A DNA stretch of 64,000 nucleotides from Candidatus Moanibacter sp. (GCA_965215885.1 CBDCEW010000086.1:1-64000); one strand, 5' to 3'. Shown: positions 11,090 through 21,142, counted from the first letter of the stretch. Translations and numbers: made by a program. The notes: a model not told the origin generated them from the letters alone.

Positions 11090-11463
11090 TAGATAACACG
11101 GTGAAGGTAGGGAGCTACGAGCCGAATGCTTGGGGATTTTACGACATGCACGGTAATGTATGGGAATGGTGCGCCGATTGGTATGGAAAGTACCCAACGG
11201 GTCGAACGGTGGATCCGAAAGGCCCCAAGTCGGGTTGGAAACGTGTGAACCGCGGCGGTGGCGTCTTCAACTCTGCGGATGAGTGCCGGTCGGCCGCCCG
11301 CTCCAAGGACTCGCCCGGGTACCGTCTCGGCTTCACTCGGGGCTTCCGGATCTCGCTGCGAAAGGTAGAGGATTGACAGCCATCCTGAATCATTCAGGTG
11401 TTGTCAATTTATTCGAGCGATTCGGAGAGGCGAAGCCGTCATAGATTTGTTGCAAGCTGGATG

Positions 11464-11609
11464 CCCTTCGACTTTGCTTAGCGCCTTCGGCTGGTTATCG
11501 GATACTCGATATCGGTTAATGGGCTTCAGCACAGGTAGCTGCACCGCCTGTGGTTAGCACCGTCGAATCACTCTTGACTCTCGTAGTCCCGCTCCTTGGG
11601 AGCGCAGTG
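11464..11609. repeat. ~150-bp intergenic repeat following kinase-lectin gene 1 (copy 1 of 3)
   Basis: GGTTAATGGGCTTCAGC.CAGGTA.CTGCACCGCCTGTGGT.AGCACCGTCGAATC shared with 14937-15090 and partly with 17385-17477. Confidence 0.85.
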
Positions 11610-11802
11610 CTTTTCGGTACTGGGACCTGGAGGAAGCGTAGCCGGCAGCCTTGACGCTTCAGAGATCGCACTTAGGATAACGTCCCTTATTTGATGGCTC
11701 GGCGCAACATAGTGAAGACGGGACACATTGATCCACTCTTTACTGCTGAGCGCAGCGAAGTCCCGGCTTGCCGGGGGTTACTGAATTCTTCTTCCTCCCC
11801 TC

Positions 11803-14682
11803 ATGCCCTTTGATTCCGATGAGACGAGACTGGCGAGCGATGGCGAAGATGGGCCTGGGGTCCTAAGGCCGAGAGAGTGCCTGGGCGATTACCGAATCGT
11901 TAAGGAATTGGGCCGCGGGGCGATGGGCGAAGTGTATCTGGCCGAGCAGGTGCATCTGAAGCAGAGATATGCGCTGAAAGTGCTGCCTCGCGAGCTGTCG
12001 GGAAAGGCCGATTTCCGGCGGCGTTTCGAGCAAGAGGCTCAGACCCTTGCTGCGCTAAAGCATGAGAAGATCGTTCAGGTGCACTATGCCGGAGAGGACC
12101 GCGGTCGCTTCTACATTGCGATGGAGTATGTCGAGGGGGGGAGCCTGGAGGACTACCTCAAGGGGCAAGGCGGTCCCTTCGACGCAGCTCAGGGCAGGCG
12201 ACTAGAGCCTGGAGAGGTTAAAGATATTCTTACCGAGATTTTGGAAGCGCTCCGATATGCCCATGGAGAAGGGGTCATTCATCGCGATCTCAAGCCAGCC
12301 AACATTCTGCGCACTACCGAGGGAAGAATCAAGATCTCGGACTTCGGGCTGGCCCGTGTGGTTGGGGAGGAATACGTCCAGTCGATGATACAAAAAAGCA
12401 TCGTGCTGTCGCAGTTGGGGGATCGATCGACTCAAGTGGCAGGATCATCAGGAAGCGACGTTTATGTAGGGACAATTCACTACATGAGTCCAGAGGTGCA
12501 GGAGGGCCGGCCGGCCGACGAGCGAAGCGACCTCTACGCGGTGGGAGTCATGGGTTACTACTTTTTGACAGGGAGGAAACCGCTGGGGCGGGCAAAGGCA
12601 GTTACACAGCTGGTTTCTGAGGCGGCAGATTCGTGGGACGAGGTGATCGACCGGTGCATGGAGCTAGAGCGCTCTGAGCGGTATGGGAAGGCCGAAGAGG
12701 TTCTGGGCGATTTGAGGCGGATCAAGATTGTTACCGAGAAGAAGCGTAAATCTATGCCACCAATATGGGCAGCTTTATCAGTCATCCTGGTAGCGGGGCT
12801 GGCGGGGGGTTATTACTTGGGTGAATATCTGCTGCCAGGAATGAAAGAGAAAGCAGAAGAATCCAAAACGATACGAACCGTTCCGGAAGAAAGGGTTCAG
12901 ACCGAGCAGGAACCGCCGCCTCAAAGAGTGACGGTAGCGCCGAAGGTTGAACAGGAAGCGGTCACCCATAGGCAAACCGAGGGTGAAATTGTGAGCGAAC
13001 CACCTGCGTGGACTGGCTTGCCCAGGGGCGGCTTAATTGTGCAGACGGAGCCGGGTGTACGGATCAGCGTGACCGGCGATCAGGGCTATGAAAGCGATCT
13101 TGGTGCAGCTGACAGAAACGGCTTCCTGGAGCGCGTCGGGGCCCTGCCAGTTGGAAGTTACACCGTTTACATCGAGAAGGACGGGTATGAACCGGCGCGT
13201 CTCGAAGCGGTCAGGATCCGTGAGGGTCAGGATGCCGTAATCACGCAGAAGCTTCAGCCGCAGCCGGGGACCTTGTTGGTGTTCAGCCAGCCGGGGGGAG
13301 CCGAGGTAAGACTCGATGGCAGAGTTGTTGGTAAGACGCCGCTCGTGTTAGGAGAACAGGCTTCCCTCAAGCAGTATCAATTGACAGTCAGCTTGCGCGG
13401 TTACCGGAAGCACGAGGAAAATCTCTACCTTGATGCTGCCGAGCGCAAGCGGGCGATGCTCAACTTGGAGGAGGAATGGGGCACTCTTCGCTTGGATGGG
13501 ATCAAAACGGAGTTACTGCCGGGAATAACGGTGACGGTTGATGGAGAAAAGCATCCTGCGACTAGCGGTGGAATCGAGAGGCTGTCTCTGGGAGAAAAAG
13601 TGGTATCGGTGGAACATCAGGACTATCGGCCATGGCAGGGACGGGTGAGGATCGAGGACGGGAAGGTAGCGAAAGTTCGACCATCGCTTGAACCCTTGGC
13701 CGGGACCTTAAGGATGGAGGTATCGCCGCGTGTGGTCTACCAATTGTATATGAATGGGGAAGAGGCGACTGGGCGCAATGGGGTCTATACAATTCCTGCG
13801 GAAAAGAGCTACCAGCTGGAGGTCAGAGCGAAGGGGTATCAAGCCGCCCGGAAACAGGTACTGATAGGAGCCAATGGAACCGAGAGATGGGCGGTGGCTT
13901 TAGAGAAACGGCCCGGCCCGGTGGAAGGCGAGCCATGGACCGTCCCTGACTTTGGGCTCAAGATGGTGTGGATTAAGCCGGGGACGTTCATGATGGGGAG
14001 TTCGTTTGGGGAGACGGGACGAGAAGGTGACGAGACCGGGCACGAGGTTGCGCTGACGGAGGGCTACTGGCTGGGGCAGTATGAGGTGACTCAGGGCGAA
14101 TTTAAAGCTTTAATGGGCAATAACCCGAGCGGCTTCAAGGAGGAGGGCGTGCGGGCGCCGGTGGAGTGGGTGTCCTGGGAAGATGCGATGGGTTTCGCGA
14201 AGAAATTGACGGAGCGCGAACGAGCGGCGGGACGGCTGCCGAAGGGGTATGTTTACAGCCTGCCGACGGAGGCGCAGTGGGAGTATGCGGCGCGGGCGGG
14301 GACGAAGACGGCTTTCCACTCTGGCAACAGCTTCTCCTCGAGACAGGCGAATTTCGATGGGAGATATCCGTACGGTGGAGGAAGTAAGGGTCCCTCGTTG
14401 AATAAGACGGTAATGGTGGGGAGCTATGAGCCGAACGGGTGGGGACTGTTTGACATGCATGGTAATGTATGGGAATGGTGCTTTGATTGGTATGCAGATT
14501 ATCCGACGCGTCGAACTGTTGATCCAATGGGCCCCGGAACAGGGAGGCACCGCGTGAACCGTGGTGGCAGGTGGGGTGTCCTCGCGGAGTACTGCCGGTC
14601 CGCTTACCAGTACAGTTCCGCGCCCTCGTCCCGGAATGATAGTCTCGGCTTCCGACTCTGCCTGCGAAAAGTCCAGAACTGA
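11803..14682 (+). CDS. Receptor-like Ser/Thr kinase - TM - PEGA - FGE-sulfatase/C-type-lectin-fold protein (paralog 2, intact)
   Basis: 959 aa; intact kinase motifs, TM IWAALSVILVAGLAGGYYL, PEGA repeats, FGE motifs through NDSLGFRLCL. Confidence 0.95.
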   Translation: MPFDSDETRLASDGEDGPGVLRPRECLGDYRIVKELGRGAMGEVYLAEQVHLKQRYALKVLPRELSGKADFRRRFEQEAQTLAALKHEKIVQVHYAGEDRGRFYIAMEYVEGGSLEDYLKGQGGPFDAAQGRRLEPGEVKDILTEILEALRYAHGEGVIHRDLKPANILRTTEGRIKISDFGLARVVGEEYVQSMIQKSIVLSQLGDRSTQVAGSSGSDVYVGTIHYMSPEVQEGRPADERSDLYAVGVMGYYFLTGRKPLGRAKAVTQLVSEAADSWDEVIDRCMELERSERYGKAEEVLGDLRRIKIVTEKKRKSMPPIWAALSVILVAGLAGGYYLGEYLLPGMKEKAEESKTIRTVPEERVQTEQEPPPQRVTVAPKVEQEAVTHRQTEGEIVSEPPAWTGLPRGGLIVQTEPGVRISVTGDQGYESDLGAADRNGFLERVGALPVGSYTVYIEKDGYEPARLEAVRIREGQDAVITQKLQPQPGTLLVFSQPGGAEVRLDGRVVGKTPLVLGEQASLKQYQLTVSLRGYRKHEENLYLDAAERKRAMLNLEEEWGTLRLDGIKTELLPGITVTVDGEKHPATSGGIERLSLGEKVVSVEHQDYRPWQGRVRIEDGKVAKVRPSLEPLAGTLRMEVSPRVVYQLYMNGEEATGRNGVYTIPAEKSYQLEVRAKGYQAARKQVLIGANGTERWAVALEKRPGPVEGEPWTVPDFGLKMVWIKPGTFMMGSSFGETGREGDETGHEVALTEGYWLGQYEVTQGEFKALMGNNPSGFKEEGVRAPVEWVSWEDAMGFAKKLTERERAAGRLPKGYVYSLPTEAQWEYAARAGTKTAFHSGNSFSSRQANFDGRYPYGGGSKGPSLNKTVMVGSYEPNGWGLFDMHGNVWEWCFDWYADYPTRRTVDPMGPGTGRHRVNRGGRWGVLAEYCRSAYQYSSAPSSRNDSLGFRLCLRKVQN

Positions 14683-14936
14683 CGGCCGCGTGCGGTCTTC
14701 CCATGATGCAGCCAGTTGAACCGAATTTCAGGCGGCGCTGAGAGGAGTCCGTTTTTGCATCCGGTCTACGCCACTTATGGCTGCGTCCAGGCATTTAGGA
14801 GAAAATGAGTGGGCCGGGTTGCCCGGCCCCAAAGATTGCAGATTGCGGTCGTCGTCGGTCCTCTCCGTTATCGACACAGGTAGGCCTCGAGATGATCCGA
14901 ACGACGAAGTCGTCCGGCTACGGGAATCAATGGATG

Positions 14937-15090
14937 ACCTTCGACCTTGCTCAGGGCCTTCGGTTGGTTGCCGGATAGTCGAAATTGGTTAATGGGCTTC
15001 AGCCCAGGTACCTGCACCGCCTGTGGTGAGCACCGTCGAATCGCTCTTAACCCTCGCAGTTCCGCTCAGCGGGAGCGAAGTGGGTTCCCG
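14937..15090. repeat. ~150-bp intergenic repeat (copy 2)
   Basis: Aligns with 11464-11609 and 17385-17477. Confidence 0.85.
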
Positions 15091-15171
15091 TGCAAGGAGA
15101 ATATGGGAGACGTGTCACATCCTTGACTCCAAAATGGAGACACCTACGGTTAGGGCCTTTCGTGACTGATT

Positions 15172-17114
15172 ATGCCCTTTGATTCCGACGAGACGAGACT
15201 GGCGAGCGATGGCGAGGATGGGCCAGGCGTCCTGAAGCCTGGAGACCGCTTGGGCGATTACCGTATTGTTGAGGAATTGGGCCGCGGGGCGATGGGCGAG
15301 GTGTATCTTGCTGAGCAGGTGCACCTTGAGCAGAAATATGCCCTCAAGGTACTGCCGTCCGAGCTTTCGAAGAGTGCAAGTTTCAAGGAGCGCTTTCGAA
15401 GCGAAGCGAAGACGTTGGCAAGACTAAAGCATGACCGAATTGTCATGGTCCATAACGCCGGTGAAGACCGCGGTCGCTTTTACCTTGCGATGGAATATGT
15501 CCGGGGAGGTAGCCTGGAAGAGTACCTCAGCGAGCAGGGCGGGCGGGTACGGCCCGAGGAGGTTAAGGACCTTCTCATCCAGATCCTGGAGGGACTCCGA
15601 TATGCCCATGGAGAGGGGATCATCCACCGAGACCTCAAACCGGCGAATATCCTCCGTACACCTGAAGGGAAGATTAAGATATCGGACTTCGGATTAGCCC
15701 GTGTGGTAGGCGAGGAATACGTCCAGTCGATGATTCAGAAGAGCATCGCCCTCTCGCAGCTCGGTGATCGATCTACTCAGGTGGCGGGCTCATCGGGATC
15801 TGACGCTTACGTTGGCACGATTGACTACATGAGCCCGGAAGTGCGGGAGGGTCGGCAAGCTGACGAACAGAGCGACCTCTACGCAGTGGGAATATGTGGC
15901 GCGGGCTGGGACAACAACGGCGTTTCACTCTGGTAACAGCCTGTCCTCAAGTCAGGCAAACTTCGCGAGGGAACTAGGTAAGACTGTAAAGGTGGGGAGC
16001 TACGAGCCGAATGCGTGGGGCTTGTATGACATGCATGGCAATGTATGGGAATGGTGCTATGACAGGTATGGAGGCTATACGAAGGGGACAGCAACCGACC
16101 CGGTGGGTCCCTCTACGGGTTCGGACCGCGTGTTCCGCGGCGGCGGCTGGGGCAACGACGCTCTGAGCTGCCGGTCGGCCAACCGCCGCAGGTTCTCGCC
16201 CGGCTACCGCAGCTACGGCCTAGGCGTCCGCCTCGCTCTCAGGAAGGTAAGAGAGCCAGAGCCTTCACCGGTTGAAGGGGAGCCATGTACGGTTCCTGAC
16301 CTTGGGCTAAAGATGGTGTGGATTGAGCCGGGGACGTTTATGATGGGAAGTCCTGCGAACGAGTCGGGACGGAGTAGTGACGAGACCCAGCACGAGGTGG
16401 TCCTGACCAAGGGCTACTGGCTGGGGCAGTATGAGGTGACGATCGGGGAGTTTGAGAAATTCACGGAGGCGGCGAATTACCGCACGGAGGCTGAGCGGGG
16501 GGGACGGTATGTACCAATGGACTGGAGAAAATTTGGAAAAGCAGGCGGAAACGAGCTGGCGAAATGTCTTCAACGAGGGAACGAATTATCCAGTCGTAGG
16601 GATCAGTTGGAACGATGCGGTGAAGTTTGCTGAATGGCTGACCGATAGGGGGAGGCGTGCGGGTCGGCTGCCAGAGGGGTATGTGTACGGACTACCGACC
16701 GAGGCGCAGTGGGAGTATGCGGCACGGGCGGGGACGAGGACGGCTTTTCATTATGGCAACAGCCTGTCCTCAACACAGGCGAACTTCGATGGCAATTATC
16801 CTTACGGTGGAGCAGGTAAGGGCCCCTATTTGGAGAAGACGGCAAAAGTGGGCAGCTACGAGCCCAATGCTTGGGGATTGTATGACATGCATGGCAATGT
16901 ATGGGAATGGTGTAACGACTGGTACGGTGAGTATCCGACGGGCCGAAGGGTGGATCCGAAGGGACCCGGATCGGGTTCGATCCGCGTGCTCCGCGGCGGC
17001 GGCTGGTTCCAAAACGCGCTGCACTTCCGGTCGGCCTACCGCTACAAGTACTCGCCCGGGCTCAGCTTCAACTACCTGGGCTTCCGGCTTTGCCTGCGTA
17101 AGGTCCAGAACTGA
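15172..17114 (+). pseudogene. Kinase-lectin paralog 3 with two tandem FGE/CLec domains; internal deletion at ~15882-15891 and frameshift at G7 16497-16503
   Basis: Kinase ends at DLYAVG and joins out of frame to (Q)WEYVARAG of an FGE domain; the second FGE domain is split between ORFs 15896..16633 and 16452..17114. Confidence 0.9.
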
Positions 17115-17384
17115 CGACCCCGTCGGATCTTCCTATGGTGCAGCCGAATGAACCGTTCTGGTGAGGCTCCGCCGTGACAGGTCCGCTTCGCCTTCCGGTC
17201 TACGCCATGAATGGCTGCGCCCTGGCATGCAGGTCAGGTGAGTAACAGGTACAGGTAGGGGTGAAGGGGCGTCGTGGCGGGGGTGAGGGGGCGGAGCCGC
17301 CCGCGCCAAGTCGCCCCGCGGCGCACGGTCAAGACATGCAATTCGCTTTTTTGATATTCCGGCCACTGCACCGCAGGAAAGGCA

Positions 17385-17477
17385 GGAGCAGCTGCACCGC
17401 CTGTGGTGATCCCGCCGAGCGGGACGAACCGCTCTTGACCCTCGCAGCTCCGCTCAGCGGGAGCGAAGTGGGTTCCG
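17385..17477. repeat. Partial intergenic repeat (copy 3)
   Basis: GCTGCACCGCCTGTGGTGA...CGCTCTTGACCCTCGCAGCTCCGCTCAGCGGGAGCGAAGTGGGTTCC. Confidence 0.8.
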
Positions 17478-17577
17478 TCGCAGGGGGCAGCCAGGACTCG
17501 AGGATCTCCGGAAGGCTTGGAAAAGGAAATGCAAGGAGGATGTAGCGAGAGCTTCTTAATCGCGCTCGGCGCCGATT

Positions 17578-18762
17578 TTACTCCTCGCTCTCGATGGTGT
17601 TGTCGAATTCAGGTTCTCTTTGCTCCAGGATCTTCATGACTTCGGGAGCCAGATAGATGCGGTTTCGTTTTTTTCCAGTAACCTCTCGAAGGATTCCGGC
17701 AGCTACCAGCTTTTCGATGTTAAGCTGGCTGGAGCGCGGCGTGATCTGGAGCCTTTGCGAAACCCGGCTATTCGTGATTGCAGGGTAAGCGAAAAGTTCG
17801 TCAACGAGCTGCAATAAGAGAGAAGAAGCCCGTGCTTCCTGTAGCTTGTCACGATAGTCCTGCCAAAGTCGAAGCAGCTGATCGGATCGCGAGATTGCGT
17901 CTTTGGACTGAACTTCGATGGCGCGGAGAAAGAAACTCATCCATTCTGTCCACGATCCCCTTTGACTCACTTTGAGCAGTAATCGATAATAGTCGTCGCG
18001 GTATCGCTCAAAGAAAGCGCTAAGGTAGAGGAGCGGCTGGGGAAGGAGACCCTCTGTGCAGATCAATAGTGTCGTGAGCAATCTACCGATGCGGCCGTTT
18101 CCATCTAGAAAGGGATGAATGGCTTCGAACTGGTAGTGAATCAATGCAAGGCGCATTAGGGGAGGGAGAGTCGATTTCGTATGGAGGTACTGCTCCAAAT
18201 CGTAAAGTGCCTGTTTCATCTCGTCTACTGGAGGCGGCACGTAGACAGCGTCCTCTAGCGTGCAACCGGGTGGACCTATCCAGTTCTGCGACCGTCTGAA
18301 CTCGCCTGGAGTCCGGTTTTCGCCACGTACTCCCCCAAGGAGTCTCTCATGCATCTCCCGAATCAGGCGAAGGGAAAGAGGGAGTTTTTCAAGCCTGGCG
18401 ATGCCATACTCCAGCGCCTGCACGTAGTTAGCAACCTCACGTACATCGGGGACATTCTCCTCACCAATATTGGCCGCTTCGAAGAAAAGAAGATCAGAAA
18501 AGGAGGCCTGAGTGCCCTCAATCCTACTTGAAAGTACCGCCTCCTGCCTTACAAAGGGCCCAATGAGCAAATGAGGGTTGGGTAGGGTCCGGGCAACTCC
18601 CGCCAACTCGCTCAAGGCCCGGTCTGCCGCTGAAAGTCTCCGAACCAGGGCCAGGTCCAAATCCAGGATTGGCTCAAGAGGACTGGGAATATAGGCCCAA
18701 TACCCTTTTTGGGTGTGGATCAACCCGCCACTTTTATGTGTTTCATAATCACGGGGTTCCAT
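17578..18762 (-). CDS. Fic family protein with N-terminal inhibitory motif and C-terminal HTH
   Basis: HPFLDGNGRIGR catalytic motif; SSRIEG fits (S/T)xxxE(G/N). Confidence 0.95.
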   Translation of the reverse strand: MEPRDYETHKSGGLIHTQKGYWAYIPSPLEPILDLDLALVRRLSAADRALSELAGVARTLPNPHLLIGPFVRQEAVLSSRIEGTQASFSDLLFFEAANIGEENVPDVREVANYVQALEYGIARLEKLPLSLRLIREMHERLLGGVRGENRTPGEFRRSQNWIGPPGCTLEDAVYVPPPVDEMKQALYDLEQYLHTKSTLPPLMRLALIHYQFEAIHPFLDGNGRIGRLLTTLLICTEGLLPQPLLYLSAFFERYRDDYYRLLLKVSQRGSWTEWMSFFLRAIEVQSKDAISRSDQLLRLWQDYRDKLQEARASSLLLQLVDELFAYPAITNSRVSQRLQITPRSSQLNIEKLVAAGILREVTGKKRNRIYLAPEVMKILEQREPEFDNTIESEE

Positions 18763-19225
18763 CTAATTATACATAGGAACTATAACAGGTTTCATTATTA
18801 TACAAAACAACTAATATGTATAACAATAAAAGTGTTTTGTCAAACTGCTCTTGTGCTTTGAGCCACCACAGAAATTGATCCTTCCAAGTCGAAGACTATC
18901 TTGAGGTTACATCTCGTTCAAGAGGCTCTTTCATGTCACTGCAACACCCGATCATCTTTGCGGTTACTCTATTTTTGGTATTAATGCGCATCTGCCTCGC
19001 TCAGGGAAACCAAAGCAAAAGAGTGAGCAGCGGATAGAAATGGGAAAGAATATCCACGCCAGGATCCCGCAAGCCGAGACAAAGAAGGGAGAGGAAGTCA
19101 GATTGATTTGGGACAATAGTACGGGAGAGTTCTGGCAATCCCGACAAGCCGGGAACAGCAGAGCAACGGATGGGGAGAGGACATAGATCCCGCGGTCGCC
19201 GGCGTTCCTCTTTGGTGGCTACCTA

Positions 19226-21142
19226 GACCCCATTCGAAAAGCCTTTCGAGCGGGCGGTTTAAGGTTCTCCGCCACGGGCGGACCAGCCTATGGCTGGCAG
19301 GTTTCGGGTTTTAGGCTGCCGGCGCTGCCGATGAGCAGGTATTGAGCGGCCATCGGCGTGGCTTGCTGCACAATACGTATATTTGCCGCTGTCTGGAGGC
19401 ATACTCATCCCGTGGTGCTTTTTTCTCTGAGCTTCAAAGCGGTCAGATTCAGGCTGCCTGTTCCAGTTCCTCCCCTCGGCGTTTCTTCATCAGTATGATG
19501 CGGCAGAAGTTGTAGGCCAGAACCTTCTCGAGCAGTTCATCGCCTACCGCATCGATGCCGCGGCGGCCGAGTTCGCCAAAGGCAAATCCATCTTTAATCG
19601 TGAACATCAGCGACTCCACTGCGGAGCGATCGCGGCGTGCCTCGCGATACGCCTCGCTCTCCCAGTCCTCGGGGGTGGTCAACTTCTTGCCCTTCGCCCC
19701 ACTGATACTGATCTGCTTTACCCCCATGCTCAGCACCTCCTTGCGTCCCTTCGCCGAAGCATATCCGTCATCGGTGCTGACCAGTTCAGCAATGACACCG
19801 GTGCGCTTGATCGAATCGCCGATGGCCGGCGCCAGCTCAATGGAGTCTGCCGCGTTGCCTTGCGGTACGATCAGGCTGGTGACAAAACCGTTTTCGCTGC
19901 GAACCAGTTGTGGCTTGTACCCGATCACTGGATTGCGGCTGCCCTTCTTGATGTAGGCCGCCGATCCGTCCGAGAGGCTCAGGACCTTCTGTGTGGACGG
20001 TAGCTTCTTTTCGTGAAACACCCGATCATGAGCATACTCAACAACCCGCTTGGCGTCGGCAATATCGCCCCTGATCTGGCTCAATGCCCGCTCCAGAAGC
20101 TCCCGGCGAGTGGGAGGCAGTGAATCCATCGACAGGCCCTCTTCAAGATGGCTCAGTTCCCCCGTTAGTGAGTCGGCCGCCTTGCGGCCCCGCTTGAGCA
20201 ACCGCCGGTAGTGTTTCTTCAGCTTGCCCTTCGACTTCGGTTTGCCCGCGGCCAGACAAATCTGAAACTCCAGCTTGTCCATTTCCTCCAGCCAACGCCC
20301 AACCCATCCCTTGCGAAAATCCTCCAGCCCGAAGACATGCAACTTCTGACCCAAACGATTGGCCCGCATCAAAAGACCGCTCAGAATCTTCCCATCGGTG
20401 GGCCAGCAGCTGTTTGCTTTCACCGAGGTGCTGTCGATCGTCAGCTTCCCGAAATCGTCCCATTGCTCCTGGAGGATAAACCCAATCTGTTTATCAAAGA
20501 TCAACTCGCGGGTCGTATGGCTGACCAGGTTCACGTTCTCCAGAATCGTCGTCACCGCCGGCATTCTCAGTCCCCCGCTCTGCAAAAATCCGTACAAGCT
20601 CATCGACTCGCGCACAAACCGCCGTGCCGGTTTCGTGGTCAACGAACCCAGAAACCCTCGAAGCATCACGAACACGTATACCGCATAAGCCGGCATCCGC
20701 GGCCGGCCTGCCCCAAGATTCAATTCAGCAGCCAGAATATTCTCCTCCTCGATGTCCAGCTCCGGCAGCTCCGCTGTGCGCCCTTCAAAGAACCTTCGAT
20801 CTTCCAATCGAAGTTTCTTCTTCTCACGCGCATGGGCGTCCAGATCCTTCTCGATCGCCTCGATGATTTGCGCCGCGAACCCGGCCAATTCTTCAACTTC
20901 ATCCAGAAAATCACGGAAATCCGTGTCTGGAACCGGCAGAATGAGGTTGCTAAGGGGCGTCTTATCGCTTTTGTTCTCCTCTGTCGCACATGTTGGCATG
21001 TTTAACTCCTTTCTTAATCTTAAGTTGTTAAACACTAGCATGTTGCGACACTTTTTATCAAGCCAAAAAATGATTTTTCTCAAGTTTTTCTTGCGCCTTT
21101 TGCGCCTCTTTGCGGCCAATCAGTAGCTTTTCGGATAAGGTC
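19226..21142 (-). mobile_element. 1917-bp insertion sequence, copy 2
   Basis: Same ends as copy 1; flanking direct repeat TACCTA (19220-19225, 21143-21148). Confidence 0.95.
19449..20999 (-). CDS. DDE transposase (near-identical to 9396-10946)
   Basis: Translation differs from copy 1 at MLRG/MIRG and GDELL/GDKLL. Confidence 0.9.
   Translation of the reverse strand: MPTCATEENKSDKTPLSNLILPVPDTDFRDFLDEVEELAGFAAQIIEAIEKDLDAHAREKKKLRLEDRRFFEGRTAELPELDIEEENILAAELNLGAGRPRMPAYAVYVFVMLRGFLGSLTTKPARRFVRESMSLYGFLQSGGLRMPAVTTILENVNLVSHTTRELIFDKQIGFILQEQWDDFGKLTIDSTSVKANSCWPTDGKILSGLLMRANRLGQKLHVFGLEDFRKGWVGRWLEEMDKLEFQICLAAGKPKSKGKLKKHYRRLLKRGRKAADSLTGELSHLEEGLSMDSLPPTRRELLERALSQIRGDIADAKRVVEYAHDRVFHEKKLPSTQKVLSLSDGSAAYIKKGSRNPVIGYKPQLVRSENGFVTSLIVPQGNAADSIELAPAIGDSIKRTGVIAELVSTDDGYASAKGRKEVLSMGVKQISISGAKGKKLTTPEDWESEAYREARRDRSAVESLMFTIKDGFAFGELGRRGIDAVGDELLEKVLAYNFCRIILMKKRRGEELEQAA

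Larger units (their letters stand above)
6886..11376 (+). pseudogene. Receptor-like Ser/Thr kinase - TM - PEGA - FGE-sulfatase/C-type-lectin-fold protein (paralog 1), interrupted by IS at 9173-11089
   Basis: GRGGMGEV, HRDLKPAN, DFG, YMSPE; TM VWVGMAITILAGLAAGYYWGVYL; PEGA (SEPKGANVLLDG); LPTEAQWEYAARAG. Removing the IS and one TAGATA restores [31 protein letters not shown] in frame. Confidence 0.93.

Noticed and set aside
11461..11476. Kinase start ATGCCCTTTGAT resembling the repeat ATGCCCTTCGAC
   Set aside because: Match is too short to distinguish from chance
8700..17114. True formylglycine-generating enzymes
   Set aside because: Domains are fused to kinases/PEGA, the catalytic cysteine pair is not evident and no sulfatases are nearby; a binding-fold role fits better
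18932..19219. Signal-peptide-like short ORF (MSLQHPIIFAVTLFLVLMRICLAQ...) before IS copy 2
   Set aside because: Stops after ~34 codons; possibly a remnant but unidentifiable
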